58,834 nt of DNA from an uncultured Flavobacterium sp. (GTDB taxonomy: Bacteria > Bacteroidota > Bacteroidia > Flavobacteriales > Flavobacteriaceae), in assembly GCA_964629155.1 (NCBI GenBank), contig CAZVQI010000002.1, forward strand, positions 1 to 58,834. The letters run 5' to 3'. Positions within the stretch are counted from its first letter, which is position 1. Each line of letters opens with the position of its first letter. Made by a program: the position numbers and the translations under genes. Shown piece after piece: positions 17,534 through 27,411 of this stretch. A model generated the notes under the pieces. That model worked only from the letters and a program-made list of their open reading frames with translations. It did not search any database and was not told the DNA's origin.

Positions 17534-18886
17534 ATGCAACAGTTAACCGAACTAACAGCAATTTCCCCAATTGATGGGAGATACAGAAATAAAACCGAAA
17601 ATCTTGCACCGTATTTTTCGGAAGAAGCTCTTATTCGATACAGGGTTTTAGTAGAAGTTGAATATTTTATTGCACTTTGTGAGCTTCCGCTTCCGCAACT
17701 CAAAGAGGTAAATCCAAATCTTTTTGAAGAGTTGCGAAATATTTACAAGAACTTTTCGAGTCAGGATGCCCTTCAAATTAAAGAAATTGAAAAAACAACC
17801 AATCATGATGTCAAAGCAGTGGAGTATTTTATTAAAAATGCTTTTGATCGATTGGCATTGTCACAGTATAAAGAATTTATCCATTTCGGATTAACCTCTC
17901 AGGATATTAACAATACAGCTATTCCTCTTTCAACTCGAGAGGCTTTTCAGGATGTGTATCTGAAAACTCTTGTACGGTTAGTTGCTCGACTGAAAGAGTT
18001 GAGCATTGAGTGGAAAGATGTTCCGATGCTTGCCAGAACTCACGGACAACCGGCTTCTCCAACTCGTTTAGGGAAAGAAATCGGAGTATTTGTAGAACGA
18101 TTGGAAGAACAAATGCGTTTACTCTTCAACATTCCTTTTGCTGCAAAATTCGGAGGAGCAACAGGAAATTATAATGCTCATAAAGTTGCTTATCCGGACA
18201 TAGATTGGAGAGCTTTCGGACAGGATTTTGTAGAGAAAAAATTAGGGCTTCATCATTCTTTCCCGACAACCCAAATAGAACATTATGATCATTTTGCAGC
18301 TTTTTGCGATGCTCTGAAACGCATAAACACCATAATCATTGACCTGAACCGAGATATTTGGACTTATATTTCAATGGATTACTTTAAGCAAAAAATAAAA
18401 GCCGGTGAAGTCGGAAGTTCGGCCATGCCTCATAAAGTGAATCCTATTGATTTTGAGAATTCTGAAGGGAATTTAGGTATAGCCAATGCTATTTTTGAGC
18501 ATTTATCGGCTAAACTACCTATATCTCGACTTCAAAGAGATTTGACAGATAGTACCGTTTTACGAAATGTTGGTGTGCCTTTCGGACATACACTCATTGG
18601 CTTTGAAGCTACACTTAAAGGTCTGGATAAACTTCTGTTAAATGCAGATAAATTCAATGAAGATTTAGAGAAAAACTGGGCTGTGGTAGCAGAAGCCATT
18701 CAAACCATTTTACGTAGAGAAAATTATCCGAATCCGTACGAAGCTCTAAAAGAACTTACACGAACAAATACAACAATAGATAAAAATGCTATTCATAAAT
18801 TTATAAAAGGACTTCAGGTTTCAGATAAAGTCAAAGAAGAATTGTTGCGAATCACTCCACAGAATTATTTGGGGATTGAAATTTAA
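17534..18886 (+). CDS. purB: Adenylosuccinate lyase
   Basis: SPIDGRY, TNHDVKAVEY, ARTHGQPA, GSSAMPHKVNPIDFEN; TACCTTTG at 17506-17513. Confidence 0.98.
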   Translation: MQQLTELTAISPIDGRYRNKTENLAPYFSEEALIRYRVLVEVEYFIALCELPLPQLKEVNPNLFEELRNIYKNFSSQDALQIKEIEKTTNHDVKAVEYFIKNAFDRLALSQYKEFIHFGLTSQDINNTAIPLSTREAFQDVYLKTLVRLVARLKELSIEWKDVPMLARTHGQPASPTRLGKEIGVFVERLEEQMRLLFNIPFAAKFGGATGNYNAHKVAYPDIDWRAFGQDFVEKKLGLHHSFPTTQIEHYDHFAAFCDALKRINTIIIDLNRDIWTYISMDYFKQKIKAGEVGSSAMPHKVNPIDFENSEGNLGIANAIFEHLSAKLPISRLQRDLTDSTVLRNVGVPFGHTLIGFEATLKGLDKLLLNADKFNEDLEKNWAVVAEAIQTILRRENYPNPYEALKELTRTNTTIDKNAIHKFIKGLQVSDKVKEELLRITPQNYLGIEI

Positions 18887-18964
18887 GTTTTAGACTTCTT
18901 TGGTTTTTGAACAGTAGTGCTTAGGATATTTACCGGAATCCTAACTTTGTTTTACTCTTTTGAT

Positions 18965-20086
18965 ATGAGTAGCTTTTACATTCATATTCCCTTTTGCAGA
19001 CAAGCTTGTCATTACTGCGACTTTCATTTTTCGACTTCTCTGAAAAAGAAAGACGAGATGATTCAAGCTTTGGCAAAAGAAATTGTTATGCGTAAGGATG
19101 AAGTTCAAGATGAAGTAGAAACTATCTATTTTGGAGGAGGAACACCTTCGGTATTGTCAACAGAAGAGCTTCGTTTTTTGATTGAGTTGGTTTATAAAAA
19201 TTATAGAGTTATAACACAACCTGAAATTACCCTCGAAGCCAATCCGGACGATTTATCTGTACGCAAAATTAGAGAGCTTGCAAGTTTGCCTATCAATCGG
19301 TTGAGTATAGGAATACAATCTTTTTTTGAAGAAGATTTACAGTTGATGAATCGGGCTCATAATGCAACTCAAGCTAAACAATGTTTGGAAGAAGCCATTA
19401 AGTATTTTGACAATATTACCATAGATTTGATTTACGGGATTCCTAATATGTCGGATGAGAGGTGGCTTAAAAATATTGAAACGACTTTGAGTTTTGATAT
19501 TCCTCACATTTCGAGTTATGCTTTGACAGTTGAACCCAAAACAGCACTCAAAAGGCTTATAGAAAAAGGAGAAATCCCTCAACCTAAAGAAGAATTCGCT
19601 GAGAGACATTTCTTTCTACTGGTTGAAACGCTTACAAAAAAGGGTTTTGTACATTATGAATTGTCAAATTTTGGCAAGGAAGGATATTTTTCTAAAAACA
19701 ACACCGGTTATTGGTTAGGCAAAAAATATATCGGCATTGGTCCTTCTGCTCATAGTTATAACGGAACACACAGAAGTTGGAATATAACAAATAATTCTAT
19801 CTACATCAAAGAAATCAATAACGGAAATCTTCCGAGTGAATCAGAAGAGTTGACAGTTTCTGACCGATATAATGAGTATGTAATGACAGGACTTCGGACG
19901 ATCTGGGGAGTTTCGTTAGATAAAATAAAGGTTGATTTCGGGCAGGAATATTATGATTATTTAATAAAAGCTTCAGACAAACTTCTTGTCAACGGACTTT
20001 TGGAAAATAAAAACCATAAACTTATTGTAACCCCGCAAGGAAAGTTTTTAAGTGACGGAATTGCCAGTGAATTATTTAAAGTTTAG
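18965..20086 (+). CDS. hemW: Radical SAM heme chaperone HemW
   Basis: YIHIPFCRQACHYCDF, YFGGGTPS, HYELSNF; TAACTTTG at 18942-18949 supports ATG 18965. Confidence 0.9.
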   Translation: MSSFYIHIPFCRQACHYCDFHFSTSLKKKDEMIQALAKEIVMRKDEVQDEVETIYFGGGTPSVLSTEELRFLIELVYKNYRVITQPEITLEANPDDLSVRKIRELASLPINRLSIGIQSFFEEDLQLMNRAHNATQAKQCLEEAIKYFDNITIDLIYGIPNMSDERWLKNIETTLSFDIPHISSYALTVEPKTALKRLIEKGEIPQPKEEFAERHFFLLVETLTKKGFVHYELSNFGKEGYFSKNNTGYWLGKKYIGIGPSAHSYNGTHRSWNITNNSIYIKEINNGNLPSESEELTVSDRYNEYVMTGLRTIWGVSLDKIKVDFGQEYYDYLIKASDKLLVNGLLENKNHKLIVTPQGKFLSDGIASELFKV

Positions 20087-20092
20087 TTCTTT

Positions 20093-21235
20093 TTATTTTT
20101 CTTGTTCCCATGAAATCTGCATAGTAGTTCCTTTTCCGCTTTCGGAATATAGAACTTTTATTTTTCCGTTGTGATATTCTTCAACTATTCGTTTGGTAAG
20201 TGAGAGACCTAATCCCCAGCCTCGTTTTTTGGTTGTAAATCCCGGGTCAAAAATACGTTTAAACTCGTTTTTCGGAATGCCTTTTCCGTTGTCTTCCACT
20301 TTTATTTTGATGAACTTCGGTTCGTCTTCTATGCTTACATGAATTTTCCCTTTTCCTTTCATCGCATCCACCGAATTTTTTATCAAATTTTCGATAGTCC
20401 AGCTGTGTAAAACAGGGTTCAACATCAGATAAATCGGATAATCAGGAGTTGAGATGGTGAACTCTATATTGTTGGAAAAACGCGATTTCAGATACTCATA
20501 AGAGTTTTTAGTTACTTCGACTACATTAACTTTTTCCAATGCAGGTTCTGAACCTATTTTGGAAAAACGGTCAGCTATGGTTTGTAAGCGGATTACATCT
20601 TTTTCTATTTCAGATACAGTGGTTTCATCTACATTGTCAGAACGCAAAATCTCTATCCATCCTAAAAGAGAAGAAAGAGGAGTTCCGATTTGATGAGCCG
20701 TTTCTTTTGCCATTCCTGCCCAAAGCTTGTTTTGAGCAGAAACTTTATTAGTCTTAAAATAACTGGCAATCAGAGCTAAAAATAAGAAGATAATAAGTAA
20801 AAGAGCAAACGGATAATAAGTGAGTTTTACCAATAGGGGAGAATTTCCGTAATACAAATATTGATATTTTCCGGTATCATATTCAATAACAATCGGGTCG
20901 TTTTGATTTTTGAATCTTTCTAAGAGTTTTTCTTTATTTTTTTTGAACTCATCTTCGTCAATGTTTCCTTTATCAATAATGTTTCCGTGCATATCCGTAA
21001 GGATGAGCGGAATAGTGGTGTTTTTCGAAAAAATCTCAAGAACCAAAGGTAAATCTGCTCCGATTTCAGACGAATTGAGCGTTTTTTGAGCCTCTGCATA
21101 GAGTTCCATTTTGGTGCGTTCTTCTTCTTTTACTATTTGGAAAAACTGATATGTGTTCCACACAATAAGAGTTACCACCAAAAAAGCTCCGAAAATGAGA
21201 ACCCACTTTAGAGTATTTCGTTTATCGGAAAACAT
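20093..21235 (-). CDS. Membrane sensor histidine kinase (orphan)
   Basis: AHQIGTPLS H-box, ENLIKNS, DNGKG, GFTTK, GWGLGL; 2 TM. Confidence 0.93.
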   Translation of the reverse strand: MFSDKRNTLKWVLIFGAFLVVTLIVWNTYQFFQIVKEEERTKMELYAEAQKTLNSSEIGADLPLVLEIFSKNTTIPLILTDMHGNIIDKGNIDEDEFKKNKEKLLERFKNQNDPIVIEYDTGKYQYLYYGNSPLLVKLTYYPFALLLIIFLFLALIASYFKTNKVSAQNKLWAGMAKETAHQIGTPLSSLLGWIEILRSDNVDETTVSEIEKDVIRLQTIADRFSKIGSEPALEKVNVVEVTKNSYEYLKSRFSNNIEFTISTPDYPIYLMLNPVLHSWTIENLIKNSVDAMKGKGKIHVSIEDEPKFIKIKVEDNGKGIPKNEFKRIFDPGFTTKKRGWGLGLSLTKRIVEEYHNGKIKVLYSESGKGTTMQISWEQEK

Positions 21236-21351
21236 AGCTTCACGGTTTCACATCCTTAAAATTCTCTACGAATTTTTGTTGAAATTTTTATTCTTTTTCC
21301 TTTTCATGTACAGAATGAAAAATACACAAAAGAATAATATTAAATAAGTTT

Positions 21352-23076
21352 TCATAGTTTCATATCATCAATAATCCGTTGGATTTTTTCGTTTAGATAT
21401 TGTTCGGTTTCTTTTACTTTTTCAATGCTTTCCAAAGGTTCATTTACACTGAAGTAAAATTTTATTTTAGGTTCAGTCCCACTCGGACGTGCACAAATTT
21501 TACTTCCGTCTTCCAGGTAGTAAATAAGTACATTCGATTTCGGAATAGTTAAATCAAAAGTTTGGTTGTTCAACAAATCTTTTCCTTTGGAAATTTGATA
21601 GTCTTCTACACAAACTACACGTTGTCCTGCAATTTCAGTAAGAGGATTTTCTCTGAAATTTTTCATCATTTGTTTAATTTCATTAGCTCCGTCTATTCCT
21701 TTTTTGGTAAGGGAAATAAGGTGTTCTTTGTAGAAGGAAAAATCCATATACAGGTTTAGAAGTTCTCTGTACAATGAACTACCGGAAGCTTTTGCCTGTG
21801 CAGCGATTTCACATACCAAAAGTGTGGCTCCTACGGCATCTTTATCCCGAACAGAATCTCCAATCATAAATCCGAAACTTTCTTCTCCACCTCCTATAAA
21901 CTTCTGATTTGGGAAGTCTTTGATGAATTTAGCAATCCATTTAAAGCCGGTTAGTCCGACCTTGCACTCTATTCCATAAGCTTCTGCTAAGTCAAGCATC
22001 ATCGGAGTAGAAACTATAGTGGAGCCAATAAATTCATTTCCTGTGATTTTGCCTTGTCTTTTACGGTTTTCTAATAAGAAAGCTGTCATAACTACCATAG
22101 TTTGATTTCCGTTGAGCAAAATCATTTTTCCGTCTAAATCGCGAACAGCCACTCCTAATCGGTCAGAATCCGGGTCTGTACCAATAACAATATCTGCACC
22201 TATTTTTTCAGCCAGTTGCAAAGCCATGGTAAGAGCTTCAGGTTCCTCAGGATTTGGAGATTTTACTGTAGGAAAGTTCCCGTTCGGTTCGATTTGTTCT
22301 TTTACGATATTTACATCAGTAAAGCCTGCTCTTTCCAAAACATTCGGAATGAGCTTTATGGATGTTCCGTGAAGAGAAGTAAAAACAATTTTCAGATTTT
22401 CTTTATCCCTTTTGGGAGTCTGAAAATCTATATTTTCTAAAGTTGAGCGGATAAAAGCTTCGTCAACTTCTTTGTCAATATATTCAATAAGGTCAGGATT
22501 TGCCTCGAATTTTATATCTTCATAGTTCAGACTTTCTATAACTCTGATTATTTCTTCATCTTGGGGAGGTACAAGTTGTCCTCCGTCAGACCAATATACT
22601 TTGTATCCGTTGTATTCCGGAGGATTGTGCGAAGCGGTCAGTACAACTCCGGCTTGACATTTCAGATGTCTTACGGCAAAGGAAAGTTCCGGAGTAGGAC
22701 GGAGTTCTGAGAATAAATATACCTTAATTCCGTTGGCTGAAAAAACATCGGCTACTATTTTGGCGAAGACATTACTGTTGTGTCTGCAATCGTATGCAAT
22801 AGCTACTTTTATTTCGGTGTTTGGAAATGATTTTTTCAGGTAATCAGAAAGCCCTTGAGTGTTTTTGCCCAAAGTGTATTTATTGATTCGGTTGGTTCCT
22901 ACTCCCATAATCCCACGCATTCCACCCGTTCCGAATTCTAAGTTTTTATAAAAACTGTCTTCCAGTCCTTTTGGGTCAGAAGTCATCATTTTTTTGATTT
23001 CTTCTTGAGTTTCTTGATCGAAAAATGGCGTGAGCCAAAGATTTACTTTGTCCAAAATATTTTGTGGTATGTGCAT
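21352..23076 (-). CDS. Phosphoglucomutase/phosphomannomutase
   Basis: FGTGGMRG, TASHNP, DPDSDR, GEES, RPSGTEPKIK. Confidence 0.95.
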   Translation of the reverse strand: MHIPQNILDKVNLWLTPFFDQETQEEIKKMMTSDPKGLEDSFYKNLEFGTGGMRGIMGVGTNRINKYTLGKNTQGLSDYLKKSFPNTEIKVAIAYDCRHNSNVFAKIVADVFSANGIKVYLFSELRPTPELSFAVRHLKCQAGVVLTASHNPPEYNGYKVYWSDGGQLVPPQDEEIIRVIESLNYEDIKFEANPDLIEYIDKEVDEAFIRSTLENIDFQTPKRDKENLKIVFTSLHGTSIKLIPNVLERAGFTDVNIVKEQIEPNGNFPTVKSPNPEEPEALTMALQLAEKIGADIVIGTDPDSDRLGVAVRDLDGKMILLNGNQTMVVMTAFLLENRKRQGKITGNEFIGSTIVSTPMMLDLAEAYGIECKVGLTGFKWIAKFIKDFPNQKFIGGGEESFGFMIGDSVRDKDAVGATLLVCEIAAQAKASGSSLYRELLNLYMDFSFYKEHLISLTKKGIDGANEIKQMMKNFRENPLTEIAGQRVVCVEDYQISKGKDLLNNQTFDLTIPKSNVLIYYLEDGSKICARPSGTEPKIKFYFSVNEPLESIEKVKETEQYLNEKIQRIIDDMKL

Positions 23077-23134
23077 ATTCATAATAATTGTAATGTGATT
23101 TTTAAAGGATGTGCAAATTACTAAAAAAAGAGTT

Positions 23135-24388
23135 TTAGTTGATGATGTCAATCGAATTGGCTTTTCCTAATCCGATAACTCTGTCGTAACGGTCAGTTGT
23201 TCCTTTGTAATAAACCAAGACATAATAATCATTTTCGGTTTGATAGAAGTTTCCGTCTAAGGCATCTTTTTGATTGACTTTACCTTTTTTGTCTGCCAAA
23301 ACGTAATGGTAATTGATAAATCCTTGTTTAAGGAGTAAAGCTTTGGTGTAAACTCCTGTTTTAGGGTCATAATCCATTTTATACTCATCCGTAAGAGCAT
23401 AGTTGTTAAACATTCCATTGATATATACATCATCGTTCCCGAAGTAAGAAGGAGCATTAAGCGTAAAATATACCCAAGTATAGTCAGCCTCAATATAAGG
23501 GTTGTATCTTCCGACAACTGTAGTGACAAAGTTTCCGTTTATATCAGGAAAGTAAGTATAAGGTTCGTTAGCACGAGAAAAATTAGGATATAAATGAGTG
23601 TTGTATAACTCTCCTGAAGTAACTGACATTACTGTATTATTACCTGCTCGTACATCTTTAGTTTCCAAATATAAAAATTCGTTAGAAGCATAAAAACTCG
23701 TTTCTTTATCGTATTTATAAATTAAATCTGTCCCGATAGTATATTGAGGTTTTATGTTTTTGATAGCTGTATTCCAAATGCCGTTTTGCATCAGTACTAC
23801 TTTTACATTTTCATTAGGGTTTTGTAGCATCAGATTCCCCGGTTTTATCGAAAAATCCAAGTTATGCATAAAATTGATGTCTGCAACATTTCGTGAGCGT
23901 TTAATTTGTAGAGAAACTCCTACCGAGCTCTCGTAGATTACAAAACGTCTTGAAAAAATAAGTTCTCTTTGACTGTCAAAAATCTTAAGAATATAATTCC
24001 CTGAAAGCTTGATTTGACGAGTCTGACTGTTAGGAATAGAAAGTACGTAATGAGAATAACTCTGTAGGGTATTTTGCGAGTTTTCGTAATTCTGTATCCG
24101 TACATTATCCATTCCTTGTAAATATTCCATTTTTGAAAGAGAAGAAGGTTTCCAGTTGTAGTCGCAGTGAGTAATGGTATAAAAATAATCCTGTTCCGAA
24201 GCATATAAATCATCGAATCGAAACTGAAAAGATTCACCCATTCTGAAAATCGGAACTACATTCTGACCGTCTTGAACAAAAGATACTGTTTTTATATAAA
24301 AAGGAGGAGGAACTTCATTTTCTACTTGGGGAAATACAGAGAAGGAAAAGACCAAAAAGAAAATCAAAGTAAAAGGTATTTTTTTCAT
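23135..24388 (-). CDS. DUF5103 family protein (T9SS plug-like)
   Basis: Signal peptide; FDDL..YTITHCD.NW, SGNY, LLKQGFINY, GNFYQTENDY, RYDRVIG. Confidence 0.78.
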   Translation of the reverse strand: MKKIPFTLIFFLVFSFSVFPQVENEVPPPFYIKTVSFVQDGQNVVPIFRMGESFQFRFDDLYASEQDYFYTITHCDYNWKPSSLSKMEYLQGMDNVRIQNYENSQNTLQSYSHYVLSIPNSQTRQIKLSGNYILKIFDSQRELIFSRRFVIYESSVGVSLQIKRSRNVADINFMHNLDFSIKPGNLMLQNPNENVKVVLMQNGIWNTAIKNIKPQYTIGTDLIYKYDKETSFYASNEFLYLETKDVRAGNNTVMSVTSGELYNTHLYPNFSRANEPYTYFPDINGNFVTTVVGRYNPYIEADYTWVYFTLNAPSYFGNDDVYINGMFNNYALTDEYKMDYDPKTGVYTKALLLKQGFINYHYVLADKKGKVNQKDALDGNFYQTENDYYVLVYYKGTTDRYDRVIGLGKANSIDIIN

Positions 24389-24555
24389 TTTATCGGTTTA
24401 AATCGTTCGGTAAAGTTAAAAAAGTTTTCGAAAACAAAGGCTTTTAAAGTTTGTTGTAAGCTAAAAACAGCCCGAAATGTTAAATATTGTATAATAAATT
24501 AGGTTAAAAATAGTTATAGCTTTTAATTTGTTAAACAACTTTTAAATACAACCCT

Positions 24556-27360
24556 ATGAGAAAATTCAGTAAACTGTGGCTTTTCTTGTTAGCTTTGCCT
24601 TTTGCGGCAGTAGCCCAGGATTTTAAGTTAGACAGTAAAATTCCATTGGACCCGACTGTTCGTTCGGGAAAACTCAAAAACGGACTGACCTATTACATTA
24701 AACACAACAAAAAACCTGAAAACAAAGTTGATTTACGTTTAGTAATCAATGCAGGGTCTATTTTGGAAGATGATGACCAACAAGGTTTGGCTCACTTTAT
24801 GGAACATATGTGTTTTAATGGAACCAAGAACTTCCCCAAAAACGAGTTGGTTGATTATTTACAAAGTATAGGAGTAAAATTCGGGCAACACCTCAATGCT
24901 TATACCAGCTTTGATGAAACAGTTTACTTTTTGCCTATCCCGGCAGACGATCCTGAAAAGTTAGACAAAGGGCTTTTAATTCTTGAAGACTGGGCTTTTA
25001 ATACAATATTGACTCCTGAAGAAATTGACAAAGAAAGAGGTGTAGTTTTAGAAGAATATCGCATAGGGCTTGGAGCTCAAAGACGTATGATGGGGCAGTT
25101 TTTACCGAAAGTTATGTATCAATCTCATTACGCAAAACGTCTGCCAATCGGTCAAAAAGAAATTTTAGAGAACTTTAAACATGAAGCTTTAATTCGTTTT
25201 TATAAAGACTGGTATCGTCCGAATTTGATGAGCATAATTGTAGTTGGAGATATTGATGTAGATGCCATCGAAAAGAAAATTATAGCCAACTTTTCTAAAT
25301 ACAAAAATCCTAAAAAAGAAAGACCTCGTAAGACATATGATGTACCGAATCACAAAGAGACTTTTGTAGCAGTTGAAACAGATAGAGAAGCATCAAGCTC
25401 TGAAGTACAGTTGTATTATAAGGATAAAACCAACATTAAGCCTATAGTAACTGTTGGAGATTATAGAGAGAACTTAGTGAAAGGATTGTTCTCTTCTATG
25501 TTGAATAATCGTTTGAATGAACTCACTAACTCTCCGAATCCTCCGTTTACTTACGGATATACTTATCACGGTTCGACTTGGGCAAGAACAAAAGAAGCTT
25601 TTCAATCTTTTGCCATGACTCAAGAAGACAAACAACTTTCTGCACTTAATGTTTTGGTTCGTGAAAACGAAAGAGTAAGAAAATACGGATTTACTCAATC
25701 GGAATTAGAACGGACTAAAACAGAAATTTTAGCTTATTACGAAAAGTTCTATAATGACCGAGATAAAACCAATTCATCTTCGTTTGTGTCTCAATTTCAG
25801 TCGCACTTCTTAGAACAAACTCCGGCTCCGGGTATTGAGTGGGAATATAAGGCTCTTCAACACTTTTTGCCACAAATTACTTTAGAAGAAGTTAACAAGT
25901 TGATTAAAGATTATATCAAGGAAGAAAACCGCGTGGTAGTGCTTACCGGCCCTGAAAAAGACGGACTTGTAAAACCAACGGAAAAACAAGTACTGGAGGC
26001 TTTAAAGGTGAATGAAGATGAACTTACTCCTTATGAAGACTCTGAAATAGCCGAAAGCCTTGTAAGAGGAGAGATAAAACCCGGAAAAATTACTGCAAGA
26101 GAAACAAACGATAAGTTAGGGACCACAACACTAACACTTTCTAACGGAGCTAAAGTGGTTTATAAGAAAACAGATTTTAAAAATGATGAAATTGTTTTCA
26201 GTGCTGTAAGTTTCGGAGGTACCAATCTTTATTCGGATGAGGAATACCTGAAAACTCAATGGGCAAACTCTGCTTTGACAGAAGCAGGTTTTTCGGGACT
26301 TTCTAAAAATGATATAGAGAAGTTTATGAGCGGTAAAATAGCATCGGTATATCCGTTTATCGGGAATGTTACCGAAGGGTTGAGCGGAAGTGCCACTCCG
26401 AAAGACTTGGAATATTTATTCCAAATGGTTTATGCTTATTTTACGGATTTGAATTATGATACAGATGCTTTTGAGGGCTATAAACAAAAGCAATCTGCAT
26501 TTTTTGATAATATGATGTCAAACCCGAATGTATATTTCCAAAAAGAATTCTACACATTTTTGATGCAGAACAATCCGAGATTTTCAGAGATTTTACCGGA
26601 TGTTAAGGCTTGGGAAAGAACAGATTACAAATTGGCTTATGAAAAGTATAAAGAACGTTTTGCCGATGCGTCAGATTTTGTATTTTATTTTGTAGGAAAT
26701 ATTGACGAGAAAAAGCTGGAGAATTTCTCTGAGCAATATTTAGCTTCACTTCCGTCTTTGAACAGAAAAGACCCAATGAAAGATACAGGATACAGAATGA
26801 TTTCGGGAGAACATAAAAAAGTAGTACATAAAGGTTCTGACCCGAAAAGTAATGTAAATATTATATTCTACGGAGACACGCAATACGACCCGAAAGAAGC
26901 TTTAGCCATGCAAGCATTGGGAGAAGTGTTGACTATCAAACTCATTGAGGAACTTCGCGAAAACGAAAGTGGAGTTTATGGAGCTTCGGCAAGAGGAAGC
27001 ATGAACAAAATACCTTATGGTTCATATTCATTTAATATCAGCTTCCCTTGCGGACCGGAAAACGTAGAAAGCCTTATAGCTTCTGCACTTCGTGAATTGC
27101 AAAAAATTATTGATAACGGACCGGAAGAAAAAGATTTAGCCAAATTCAAAGAAGGAGAGTTGTTAGATTATAAAGAAGGAATCAAAACTAACAGATTCTG
27201 GTTAAACAATCTTCAGTCAGCTTATACTAACGGGAATGACCCTGAAAGAATACTTACTTTTGAAGAAAGAGTAAAATCTTTAACGGCAAAAGATGTTCAG
27301 GCAGTAGCTAAAAAATACACTAGCAAAGATAAAGTGATTGGAATATTGATGCCTGAATAA
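24556..27360 (+). CDS. M16 zinc metallopeptidase (PqqL-like)
   Basis: Signal peptide, GLAHFMEHM (HxxEH), NAYTSFDET, ERGVVLEE, second LSNGAKV module. Confidence 0.93.
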   Translation: MRKFSKLWLFLLALPFAAVAQDFKLDSKIPLDPTVRSGKLKNGLTYYIKHNKKPENKVDLRLVINAGSILEDDDQQGLAHFMEHMCFNGTKNFPKNELVDYLQSIGVKFGQHLNAYTSFDETVYFLPIPADDPEKLDKGLLILEDWAFNTILTPEEIDKERGVVLEEYRIGLGAQRRMMGQFLPKVMYQSHYAKRLPIGQKEILENFKHEALIRFYKDWYRPNLMSIIVVGDIDVDAIEKKIIANFSKYKNPKKERPRKTYDVPNHKETFVAVETDREASSSEVQLYYKDKTNIKPIVTVGDYRENLVKGLFSSMLNNRLNELTNSPNPPFTYGYTYHGSTWARTKEAFQSFAMTQEDKQLSALNVLVRENERVRKYGFTQSELERTKTEILAYYEKFYNDRDKTNSSSFVSQFQSHFLEQTPAPGIEWEYKALQHFLPQITLEEVNKLIKDYIKEENRVVVLTGPEKDGLVKPTEKQVLEALKVNEDELTPYEDSEIAESLVRGEIKPGKITARETNDKLGTTTLTLSNGAKVVYKKTDFKNDEIVFSAVSFGGTNLYSDEEYLKTQWANSALTEAGFSGLSKNDIEKFMSGKIASVYPFIGNVTEGLSGSATPKDLEYLFQMVYAYFTDLNYDTDAFEGYKQKQSAFFDNMMSNPNVYFQKEFYTFLMQNNPRFSEILPDVKAWERTDYKLAYEKYKERFADASDFVFYFVGNIDEKKLENFSEQYLASLPSLNRKDPMKDTGYRMISGEHKKVVHKGSDPKSNVNIIFYGDTQYDPKEALAMQALGEVLTIKLIEELRENESGVYGASARGSMNKIPYGSYSFNISFPCGPENVESLIASALRELQKIIDNGPEEKDLAKFKEGELLDYKEGIKTNRFWLNNLQSAYTNGNDPERILTFEERVKSLTAKDVQAVAKKYTSKDKVIGILMPE

Positions 27361-27378
27361 GAATTCTTAATTCATACT

Positions 27379-27411
27379 AAAAAGTCGGAAAAGAAATTTT
27401 CCGACTTTTTT
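27379..27411. terminator. Bidirectional intrinsic terminator
   Basis: AAAAAGTCGGAAAA-GAAA-TTTTCCGACTTTTT perfect hairpin. Confidence 0.85.

Noticed and set aside
17392-17703. 104-aa N-terminal extension of def overlapping purB
   Set aside because: Antisense read-through; the Def fold starts at 17391 and a -7 promoter lies inside the extension
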